A stretch of DNA of 64,000 nt from Planctomycetota bacterium (lineage in GTDB: Bacteria; Planctomycetota; GCA-002687715; CAIWVZ01), in NCBI GenBank assembly GCA_044222185.1, contig JBGANV010000001.1, positions 1,632,001 to 1,696,000 of the forward strand. Direction: 5' to 3'. A model generated the notes under the pieces. It searched no databases. It was not told where the DNA came from and saw nothing but the letters and a program-made list of their open reading frames with translations. Below are positions 9,944-18,196 of this stretch, one piece after another. Positions within the stretch are counted from its first letter, which is position 1; each line of letters begins with the position of its first letter. A program made the position numbers and the translations under genes.

Positions 9944-10704
9944 TGGGCCGAGCGCGGTGGATCGTCTTCATCGTCGTCATCGCAGGTGGTGTCGCGCTCG
10001 CCGTGCACTACGTCGAAGGCGTTTTCGACCGGCGATCGAAGGAGATCGAGTCGATCAGCAAGGCGGGCTCGCCGCCACCGCCGCCACAACCTCCGCGGCA
10101 GGGACCGCCTCCGCTCGACAGGTCGACGTCTCGTGCGGATGACGTCCTGATCGTCACGCGGGCCGGTGGTAACTCAGGCGGACGCCGTCTCATGGTCGCC
10201 CGAGGCAACGGCGAGTTCTCCCGCATCGCGAGCGGCCCCGCGGAGCCGGGGCCGACTGTCCGCGGAGTCCTCGATCGTGCCGGGCTCGACGACCTGATCC
10301 GCCCGCTCCTCCAGGAGACCGCTGGCGATTCCCGTCCGGACGACCCCGTCGCCGTGCGCATCCGCCTGAACGGCAAGGTCATCGATCGCCGCGTCCGAGA
10401 GGAAGACGTAGCCGCGATGCTCCGCTCTCAGGGACGCAATGCCGAGGCCAACGCCGTGCCGGCGCAGGTCGTCGTGCAGGTCGAGCCGCTCGACGGTGCG
10501 GTGCCCGCCGACGCGCCAGCGTGGCCACTCCGACGGGTTCCACCCGAGTCCCTCCTCGAGCCGAAGCGCGTTGCGCTGGATGCAGACCGGGCGAAGGCCT
10601 CGGCAACACTGCGAGACCTCGCGCCTGGATCCGTGCTGAAGGCCGGGGCGACGTCCTGGCGGGTGCGAGCGCTCGAGCTATTGACGCTCGCGTCCGACGC
10701 GTAG
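9943..10704 (+). CDS. hypothetical membrane-anchored protein
   Basis: TGATG coupling with the upstream gene; N-terminal TM helix, Pro-rich linker. Confidence 0.65.
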   Translation: MGRARWIVFIVVIAGGVALAVHYVEGVFDRRSKEIESISKAGSPPPPPQPPRQGPPPLDRSTSRADDVLIVTRAGGNSGGRRLMVARGNGEFSRIASGPAEPGPTVRGVLDRAGLDDLIRPLLQETAGDSRPDDPVAVRIRLNGKVIDRRVREEDVAAMLRSQGRNAEANAVPAQVVVQVEPLDGAVPADAPAWPLRRVPPESLLEPKRVALDADRAKASATLRDLAPGSVLKAGATSWRVRALELLTLASDA

Positions 10705-10728
10705 GCTCCGGGGGCGAACACGCACCCG

Positions 10729-11157
10729 ATGAACTGGTACGACCGTTTCCTCTGTGTCTTCTTCGGCACCGCGTCCGTCGCGATCCTCGTGACGGCGTGC
10801 AGCCTCACGCCCGACCCTCGCGGCGTGGGCACGCACGAGCAACTCGGGCTCCCCCCGTGCGCCTTCCTGCAGGACCACCGCATGCCCTGCATCTCGTGCG
10901 GAATGACGACGGCGTTCGCGGCCGCGGCGCATGGAGACCTTCCGGCGGCCTTTCGCGCGAACCCCTTCGGCATCGTGCTGTTCGTGTTGGCGGCGATTGC
11001 GCCGTTCCACTGCATCCGCTGTTGGCGCCGCGCTGACAGCCCGCTCGCGATCCTCTCGCACCGTCGTGCCGCGTTCTGGCTGCCGGTGTTCCTCGTGACC
11101 CTCCTCGTGAACTGGGGCGCGATGATTCTCGTTCATCGTCATGGCCACCCCAACTGA
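10729..11157 (+). CDS. DUF2752 family membrane protein
   Basis: GTHEQLGLPPC...PCISCGMTTAF...AFRANPFG signature. Confidence 0.85.
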   Translation: MNWYDRFLCVFFGTASVAILVTACSLTPDPRGVGTHEQLGLPPCAFLQDHRMPCISCGMTTAFAAAAHGDLPAAFRANPFGIVLFVLAAIAPFHCIRCWRRADSPLAILSHRRAAFWLPVFLVTLLVNWGAMILVHRHGHPN

Positions 11158-11171
11158 CGGCGTACCCGCGG

Positions 11172-12182
11172 TCAACCCTCGACAGGGGCCGCAGGTTCTT
11201 CGTCGTTTTCTTCTTCGTCGTCCAGATCGTCGTCGAGCGACACGCCGGTGACGATCCGCAGATACGACTCGAAGCGACGGCGATCGATCGCGCCTTCGAG
11301 CGCGGCCCGCGCGACGGCGCATTCGGGCTCGTGCGTGTGCGTGCACGAACGGAAGCGACAGCTCTCGATGAACGGCTGGAATTCCCGAAAGAAGAGCGCG
11401 ATGTCCGGCGCATCGAGGCCCGCGATGCCGAATGATTTCACGCCGGGTGTGTCCGCGAGAAATCCACCGCCGACGAAGGGGTAGAGCTCGACGCTCGTCG
11501 TCGTGTGCTGCCCTTTTCTCCACCGGTCGCTGATGGCTTGGGTCTTGAGGTTCAGCTCGGGCGCGAGCGCGGTCAGGAGCGACGACTTCCCGACGCCCGA
11601 CTGACCGCAAGCCACCGTGATCCCGCCGACGACGCGCGCGCGCAACTCGTCCACCCCTTCGCCCGTAACCGTGCTGCACGAGATGACGCCGTATCCGATG
11701 GAGCGGTAGAGGCTCGCCCATCCCTCGATCTCAGACCGGTCAGCGACCAGGTCGACTTTCGTGATGACGAGGATGGCCGGAGCGCCCGATCGCTCCGCGG
11801 CGACGAGGATCCGATCGACGAGCCGTGGACGGAACACGGGATCGACCGCCGACACGACGATGAGGATCCTGTCGGGATTGGCGACGATGATCTGCTCCCG
11901 CTGGGAAGGACCGTGGATGCGCGAGAGGTGGTTCGTTCGCTTCATCACCTCGGAGAGGACCGGTTCGCTGCGCGGCGGGAACGACACCGTCACTCGGTCG
12001 CCAGCGGCGATCATCCGCGTGAACTCGCGGTCTCGATCGCGCATCTCGATTCCGTACCGGCATCGGACGAGCCGTTCGCCGCAGAGCACGCGCGCATGAC
12101 GCACGCTGATGCCGCAGACGAGGCCCGGTTCGGTCTTGATCGCGTCGCGCCCCTTCGGTCGTCGCCCTTCGTGGTTCTTCAT
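11172..12182 (-). CDS. rsgA: ribosome small subunit-dependent GTPase A
   Basis: Circularly permuted GTPase: TKVDL, GQSGVGKSS, GQHTTT, DTPG; Zn site CRFRSCTHTHEPEC. Confidence 0.95.
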   Translation of the reverse strand: MKNHEGRRPKGRDAIKTEPGLVCGISVRHARVLCGERLVRCRYGIEMRDRDREFTRMIAAGDRVTVSFPPRSEPVLSEVMKRTNHLSRIHGPSQREQIIVANPDRILIVVSAVDPVFRPRLVDRILVAAERSGAPAILVITKVDLVADRSEIEGWASLYRSIGYGVISCSTVTGEGVDELRARVVGGITVACGQSGVGKSSLLTALAPELNLKTQAISDRWRKGQHTTTSVELYPFVGGGFLADTPGVKSFGIAGLDAPDIALFFREFQPFIESCRFRSCTHTHEPECAVARAALEGAIDRRRFESYLRIVTGVSLDDDLDDEEENDEEPAAPVEG

Positions 12183-12202
12183 CGCGCCGTCACCGCGGAC
12201 GA

Positions 12203-12919
12203 TCAGTGAGCATGCTGATGACCGAGGTGGAGCGCGAGGACGACGCCGTAGCCAGCCATGAGTACCCCCGTGATGCGCATCAACGTCCCTTCGAAGCGCG
12301 CCGAGGTGAGTTTCTCGGTGAGCCGCATGCCGTGGCGGAAGAGTACGAGGAGCGCGATGGTCGTCACCCCGGCGGTAAGACCGTAGCAGCCGAGCACGAT
12401 CGCCCCCTTCGCGGCCGATCCGGCCTCGACGGAGAAACTCACGCCCATCACGTTGCTCCAGCAGGGCAACGCCATGTTGGCGACGCCGAGCACGGCCGCG
12501 CCGAGGTCAGGCCCGAGTCGCATGAACCTCCCGGGATGGTGTCCCGCATGGCTGCAATGGGGCTCTTCCTTGCCATCCCCGCCGGGGGAGCACTCACCGT
12601 GCATGTGTCCGCCGTGCATCCACTGCGGGCGGACGAGAAGCACCAGGCCGAGCAGGGCGACGACGATTCCGATGATCGTCTCGAGGACGATCTCGAGATG
12701 TTCATCGACGACATCGCCGAGTCCGCCGAGCACGGCGCCGACGACGAGGCTCGAGCCGAGCATTCCGGCGCCGAAGAAGATCCCGGGGCGAACGCCGTTG
12801 CGGGTCCGTGCGACGATCGGCAGCAGGATCGGCCAGGAATGGGCGCACGGCGTCAGGGCGTGGACGACGCCGAAACCCAGCGCGCCGGCGACAGATTGAA
12901 TGCTCGGGATGAGGTCCAT
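12203..12919 (-). CDS. UreH/RcnA-like His-rich Ni/Co transporter-family membrane protein
   Basis: About 6 TM helices, GVVHALTPCAHSW motif, His-rich loop and C-terminal HLGHQHAH. Confidence 0.65.
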   Translation of the reverse strand: MDLIPSIQSVAGALGFGVVHALTPCAHSWPILLPIVARTRNGVRPGIFFGAGMLGSSLVVGAVLGGLGDVVDEHLEIVLETIIGIVVALLGLVLLVRPQWMHGGHMHGECSPGGDGKEEPHCSHAGHHPGRFMRLGPDLGAAVLGVANMALPCWSNVMGVSFSVEAGSAAKGAIVLGCYGLTAGVTTIALLVLFRHGMRLTEKLTSARFEGTLMRITGVLMAGYGVVLALHLGHQHAH

Positions 12920-13047
12920 GCCCAGTTGGAGGCGCGACGCGCCGAAGGACGGGAACCATATCCGCCGGGTCCGCTCGGGCCAACGGACGAGAGCCGCGAG
13001 CGCGTGGTGCTACGATCGCCGCGACCACGAGTCGGAGACATGTACCG

Positions 13048-14274
13048 ATGCCCATGAGTCCGATCACGGAGCTGCTCGACGAACTCCGCGCAGGCCGAAT
13101 GATCGTCCTCGTCGACGATGAGGATCGCGAGAACGAGGGCGACCTGGTATTCGCCGCAGAGTTCGCCACGCCCGCCCAGGTGAACTTCCTGCTGACGCAC
13201 GCCCGCGGCGAGCTCTGCCTCGCCATGGCCCCGGACCTCTGCGAGCGCCTCGACCTGCCGCTCCAGACGACGCAACCCACGAACCGCTTCGGGACGGCAT
13301 TCACGGTGACGATCGAGGCCGCCCGTGGCGTCACCACCGGAATCTCGGCGAAGGACCGTGCGACGACGATTCTTGCGGCCGTCGCGCCAGAGGCGCGGCC
13401 TGACGACCTGGCCCGCCCGGGCCACGTCCACCCGCTGCGCGCCCAGCCCGGTGGAGTCCTCGTCCGCGCCGGGCAGACCGAGGGCAGCGTGGACCTGTGT
13501 CGCCTCGCCGGCTTGCGGCCGGCCGCGGTCATCATGGAAGTGCTGAAACCGGACGGGACCCTGGCGCGAAGGCCCGAGCTGGATGCGTTCTGCACGACGC
13601 ACGGCGTCAAGATGGGTTGCGTCGCCGACATCATCGCCTACCGCCGCCAGACCGAGAGACTCGTCCAGCGCGTCTCCACGGTCCGTCTGCCGACGCGATA
13701 CGGCATCTTCGATCTGCACTGCTACCAGTCGCCACACGATCGCGAACTGCACCTGGCGATGACGCGGAACATCCGCGTTCCCGGGGTGGATTCCGCCGTG
13801 CCGCCCATCGAGCAGCCCGTGCTGGGCCGGATCCACTCCGAGTGCCTCACGGGTGATGTGTTCCATTCCGAACGCTGCGACTGCGGCGATCAGCTCGAGA
13901 ACGCCATGAAGCTCATCGCCGCCGAGCCCGGCCCGGCATTCCTTCTGTACATGCGCCAGGAGGGGCGCGGCATCGGCCTCCTGAACAAGCTCCGCAGCTA
14001 CGCGCTGCAGGACTCCAAGGGTCTGGACACGGTCGACGCCAACATCGCCCTGGGTTTCCGGCCGGACGAGCGCAACTACGGGACCGGCGCCTCGATCCTG
14101 GTCGATCTGGGCATCCGGAAGATCCGGCTCCTCACGAACAACCCGAGCAAACGCGCGGCGCTGGCGGCATTCGGCTTGGAGATCGTCTCGCGCGAGCCCA
14201 TCCTCGTTCCGGCTAATGCCAACAACGAAAAGTACTTACACACGAAGCGCGACAAGATGGGGCACATGCTTTGA
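13048..14274 (+). CDS. ribBA: bifunctional DHBP synthase / GTP cyclohydrolase II
   Basis: DDEDRENEGD, FTVTIEA, RAGQTEGSVDL, RIHSECLTGD...CDCG, QEGRGIGL, LLTNNP. Confidence 0.97.
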   Translation: MPMSPITELLDELRAGRMIVLVDDEDRENEGDLVFAAEFATPAQVNFLLTHARGELCLAMAPDLCERLDLPLQTTQPTNRFGTAFTVTIEAARGVTTGISAKDRATTILAAVAPEARPDDLARPGHVHPLRAQPGGVLVRAGQTEGSVDLCRLAGLRPAAVIMEVLKPDGTLARRPELDAFCTTHGVKMGCVADIIAYRRQTERLVQRVSTVRLPTRYGIFDLHCYQSPHDRELHLAMTRNIRVPGVDSAVPPIEQPVLGRIHSECLTGDVFHSERCDCGDQLENAMKLIAAEPGPAFLLYMRQEGRGIGLLNKLRSYALQDSKGLDTVDANIALGFRPDERNYGTGASILVDLGIRKIRLLTNNPSKRAALAAFGLEIVSREPILVPANANNEKYLHTKRDKMGHML

Positions 14275-14359
14275 ACCTTCGGATCGCGCCGTCGCGAACC
14301 GCCGCGCCCCGGGAATTCCCCATGCATGATGACCGTCCGACCGACCACAGGAGACGCAC

Positions 14360-14980
14360 GTGGTCGTCGCCGTCATGCAAGCCCCACCCGTTCGGAGAGT
14401 GACGTTGGACCGGTCGACGTCGAAGGACGAGACGCTCGAGCGCGCCCGAACCGGCGACGCCCGCGCCTTCCAGGAACTCGTCCGCCAATACCTCCCGCGG
14501 GTTCTCGCCCTCGCCAAGGGCCTCGTCGGGGGCATGCTCGACGCCGAGGACGTGGCGCAGGAGGTCTTCTTCAAGGTCCACCAGAAGCTGGCGACCTTCC
14601 GCGAGGACTCGTCCTTCTACACATGGCTCTACCGCGTGACGGTCAACACGGCGACGGACCTGCGGAAGCGGCGCCGCTCCCAGGCGCTCCAGCAGACGGA
14701 GGATTTCGAGCGGCTGCCGATCGCCGACACCCGCGACGAACCCCTCGTCGCGTTGTCGCGAACGGACCTGGCGGCCGAAGTCCGCTCGGCCATGGCGGAG
14801 ATCCCGACGAAGTTCCGGGCCGTGCTGGTCCTGCGTGAGATCGAACAACTGTCCTACGAGGAGATCGCAGCCACGATGAAGTGCTCGATCGGAACCGTGG
14901 AGAGCCGCCTGTTCCGGGCCCGCGCCCGGCTCAAGGCGATTCTCGAGCGGCGTCTCGAGGTCAAGCGAGGACACCCATGA
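14360..14980 (+). CDS. ECF RNA polymerase sigma factor (RpoE-like)
   Basis: DAEDVAQEVF, FYTWLYRV, LSYEEIA...GTVESRLFRAR; AGGAG RBS. Confidence 0.93.
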   Translation: MVVAVMQAPPVRRVTLDRSTSKDETLERARTGDARAFQELVRQYLPRVLALAKGLVGGMLDAEDVAQEVFFKVHQKLATFREDSSFYTWLYRVTVNTATDLRKRRRSQALQQTEDFERLPIADTRDEPLVALSRTDLAAEVRSAMAEIPTKFRAVLVLREIEQLSYEEIAATMKCSIGTVESRLFRARARLKAILERRLEVKRGHP

Positions 14981-15600
14981 ACTGTGATGCCTTCCGAGTC
15001 CTGATCACCCGCGAAATCGACGGCGTTCTCGACGGCACCGGCCGCGGCGCCCTCGATTCCCACGTTGCAGCCTGCCCGGCGTGTGCCCGCGAGCGCACGG
15101 CGCAGGGCCGGATCCACGAAGCCTTCAGTCAGCTTCGAGACGTCGACGTCCCCGCCGGCCTCGCCGAGCGGATTGCCGAGCGGGCGGCGGCGGCACCCGC
15201 CCCCCTCCTGCGGTTTCCCCGGTGGCAGAGCCTCGCGCCGATTGCCGCGTCCATCCTCGCCCTGTGCATGCTTTCCGGGTGGCTGGGACACCGCCTCGCA
15301 TCCGAGGGCCGCGAGGTCCTGGCCGGGCCCCGTCCGACCGCCGTGAGCGACGCCGAACTCCGCCAGCTCCTGATCGAGCGAATCGGCGTCCCGGCCGACC
15401 GAGCCGACAAGATCATCGACCTCCGCCACGGCGAGTTCGACCCCAAGCGCGAGGCGGCCAGGGCCCAGTTCGACGCGCGGATTCGCCAGCTCGTCCAGGA
15501 CGAACTCGCCGCGATCTGGAACCAATTGACGCCGGATGAACAGAGGACCTACCGGCAGGTGGACCCCTCGTTCGAACCTCCGCCCAAGCTCGGTCGGTGA
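14977..15600 (+). CDS. zf-HC2 (ZAS) transmembrane anti-sigma factor with Spy/CpxP-like helical periplasmic tail
   Basis: ATGA overlap with the sigma gene; MNC...HVAACPAC; one TM helix; tail ends LTPDEQ. Confidence 0.85.
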   Translation: MNCDAFRVLITREIDGVLDGTGRGALDSHVAACPACARERTAQGRIHEAFSQLRDVDVPAGLAERIAERAAAAPAPLLRFPRWQSLAPIAASILALCMLSGWLGHRLASEGREVLAGPRPTAVSDAELRQLLIERIGVPADRADKIIDLRHGEFDPKREAARAQFDARIRQLVQDELAAIWNQLTPDEQRTYRQVDPSFEPPPKLGR

Positions 15601-15707
15601 ACCCCTGGATCGCAGGCGTTCTGCTACCATCCCGCCCCGTCGAAACCGGCCGGAAGCGGGATGAATCGTTTCCGGTGTTCGACGTTGCGTAACTGACGAG
15701 GAGACTC

Positions 15708-17495
15708 ATGGCGAAGGGAACGGGGATCGAGATCGGCGAGACTGCCGTAACCGTCGTCGAGATCGATGGCTCTCCGAAGAAGTTCCGGATCACCGGAACG
15801 GGCCGGACTCCGATCGAAACGACCGAGCCCGGCGAGGACCGCATTCGTGCGGTCGCGCAGGCCGTCCGCGGCGCGATGAAGGGAGCCAGGGCGAGCCGCG
15901 ATCAGGTGGTCGTCAGCCTGCCCGCTCGGGACGTCATCGTCCGGGAGATCCAACTCCCGTTCACGGACGAAGAGCAGATTCGGAAGGTCATCAAGTTCGA
16001 GTCGGAGAGCCATCTCCACTCGTGCGACATCGACGACGTCGTCGTCGGGTTCCAGAAGATCGGCGACAACGGCCAGAAGAGCCGCGTCCTCATCTTCGCC
16101 GTCCGCAAGGACCAGATCCGCGATGCGCTCGACTCGCTCGATCGCATCGGCGTCGATCCGCTCCACGTCACGATCGACGCCACGGCGCTCTTCGGGCTGT
16201 GGCGCGCTCTGCCATCGGGTCAGTCCGACGGCACGTTCGTGATCCTGGATGTGGGTGAGGTCACCACCACCGCCATGGTGACGCAGGGCGACAAGATCCG
16301 GCTGGTGCGAGGCATTCGCCTCGGCACCGAGACGATCACCCGCGTCATCGCAACGGACATGGGCATCGATCGCGAGGAAGCGCGCACCAAGACGCAGCAG
16401 TTCCGAGCGACGTCCACCGACGTTTTCGCGATCGCGGGGGACGTGGACGAACAGGCACCGTCGACGGCCACGTCGGCCCAGGGACTGCAGCGCGACATCA
16501 TCCGCGACAGCCACGGCGGATTCGCCCGCCGTCTCGCGAACGAGGTCCGTCGCTCGCTGTCGTCGGTCCTCCTCGACGGCAAGGTCGAAGGCGTGTTCCT
16601 GACAGGCGTCGGCGGAATGGCTCCGGGCCTCGTCGAGGCCATGCAGGAGCAATTCCACGTCCCGATCCAGCGCCTCGACACGACCGAGGGAGTCGATCAC
16701 AAGCTCACGGGTGACACGGCGTGGCACATCGGAGTCGGCGCCGGGCTGGGTTTGATCCCGCTCGGCCATGATCCGCTGAAGCTCGACTTCCGCCAGGAAG
16801 AGTTCAAGTTCGCGCGCAAGTTCGACCGCTTGAAGTGGATGCTCCTCACGGCGTTGAGCCTCGTGCTCTTCCTCGTCGGCTTCCTCATCATCGGCGAGAT
16901 CAACGACACGCGCGCCTACCAGCGACGACTCGACGACATCGCAACCTACGCCCGAACGGACGCTCGCAGCTTCTACGTCCCGCTGCTCAAGGACCCGAAA
17001 ACGGCCGCGGTCCTCGACGATTCCGCCGGCGAGACGAAATCGAAGCCGAAATCCGCCGAGGAGGTGGACAAGCAACTCGACGCCGCGGCGCCGGGGTTCA
17101 TCCTCCAGGACATCGGCAAGCTCTTCACGAGCGCGGCATCGATCGTCGAGCGGAAGTACGGGATGTCCGTCACTCAAAAACCGGGCGAAAAGCCCAGCGA
17201 GAACATCGCAATCACGGTGTCTGCACTGTCGCGACTCTCGAAGTTCATGGGCGTCCTCAACAAGCACCCCGAGCTGCAAGGCAAGTTCGCCGTGAACAAG
17301 CTCCTCGTCTCGAGCGTGGAAATCACATGGGACATGGACCTCGAGGACGAATCCTCCTGGGACAGCATCGCGCGCGATCTGCGAGCTCTCGATGGAGTCC
17401 AGAAGGTCGAGCCCGGAACGATCAAGCCGCAAGGCCTCAACGGCTGGCGTCGCTACGAACAATGCAAGGTCACCTGGCCACGGGAGAACCAGTGA
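15708..17495 (+). CDS. pilM: type IV pilus/T2SS PilM (GspL-like) protein with C-terminal TM and PilN-like region
   Basis: Actin-like fold motifs GIEIGETAV, ILDVGEVTT, VFLTGVGG, GAGLG; LDFRQEEF followed by a TM helix. Confidence 0.8.
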   Translation: MAKGTGIEIGETAVTVVEIDGSPKKFRITGTGRTPIETTEPGEDRIRAVAQAVRGAMKGARASRDQVVVSLPARDVIVREIQLPFTDEEQIRKVIKFESESHLHSCDIDDVVVGFQKIGDNGQKSRVLIFAVRKDQIRDALDSLDRIGVDPLHVTIDATALFGLWRALPSGQSDGTFVILDVGEVTTTAMVTQGDKIRLVRGIRLGTETITRVIATDMGIDREEARTKTQQFRATSTDVFAIAGDVDEQAPSTATSAQGLQRDIIRDSHGGFARRLANEVRRSLSSVLLDGKVEGVFLTGVGGMAPGLVEAMQEQFHVPIQRLDTTEGVDHKLTGDTAWHIGVGAGLGLIPLGHDPLKLDFRQEEFKFARKFDRLKWMLLTALSLVLFLVGFLIIGEINDTRAYQRRLDDIATYARTDARSFYVPLLKDPKTAAVLDDSAGETKSKPKSAEEVDKQLDAAAPGFILQDIGKLFTSAASIVERKYGMSVTQKPGEKPSENIAITVSALSRLSKFMGVLNKHPELQGKFAVNKLLVSSVEITWDMDLEDESSWDSIARDLRALDGVQKVEPGTIKPQGLNGWRRYEQCKVTWPRENQ

Positions 17496-17496
17496 C

Positions 17497-18135
17497 ATGG
17501 CAACTTCCGTGAAAGCCCCTGTGGCCGAGAAGCCGAAGACGTCCGCGCCGACCGCCCCGCCGCTTCCGAGCGTCAACCAGCCCGCGGCACCAACCGGCGG
17601 TCGCGACTCCTTCTTCAAGGTCGTCGTGTGGCTCATGGTTCTCGCCGACCTCGCCGGAGCCGGCTTCTGGGCCTACATGCACTTCGGCAAGAACCGAGAC
17701 CTCTCGAACCGCATCGCGGGTGACAGTCGTCAGGTCGTCCAGATGAAGACCAACCTGGTCAACCTGGAATCGACCGTCCGGAAGATCGCCCAGGAGAACA
17801 TCAACGCCGTCGACGACCCCTCGACCGTCGTGGTCTCGATCTCGCGGCAGCCGCGGTTCGAAGCCATCTCCGAGTACATCCAGGTCGGGCGCCCATCCGG
17901 CGCGCCGTTCGGGAAGTCGAGTTACTACGAGACCGCGTTCCAGGTCGTCTTCCTCCTGAAGACGGGCTACAAGTTCGGCGACCTCATCGCCTTCCTCATG
18001 GAGATCGAGAAGGCGAACCCGACGATCCAGATCAAGGAGATGGATTTCGGGAAGCGCGACCTCGCCGTCGGTGCCGACAGCTGGCGCCCGACCCACGCGA
18101 CCGTGCGCGTGATGACGCTCAAGTCGAACCGATAG
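17497..18135 (+). CDS. PilO/GspM-like inner-membrane platform protein
   Basis: TM helix + coiled coil + ferredoxin-like end (LIAFLMEIE...IQIKEM); directly after pilM. Confidence 0.6.
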   Translation: MATSVKAPVAEKPKTSAPTAPPLPSVNQPAAPTGGRDSFFKVVVWLMVLADLAGAGFWAYMHFGKNRDLSNRIAGDSRQVVQMKTNLVNLESTVRKIAQENINAVDDPSTVVVSISRQPRFEAISEYIQVGRPSGAPFGKSSYYETAFQVVFLLKTGYKFGDLIAFLMEIEKANPTIQIKEMDFGKRDLAVGADSWRPTHATVRVMTLKSNR

Positions 18136-18196
18136 GTGAGCGCCCGTGCCCCTGGGATTGGCGGTTGCGCTGCGCGCCGCCGACCCGACCGCGGCG

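Noticed and set aside
12920-13047. FMN riboswitch upstream of ribBA
   Set aside because: The gap is only ~128 nt and divergent, and I found none of the conserved FMN aptamer strings.
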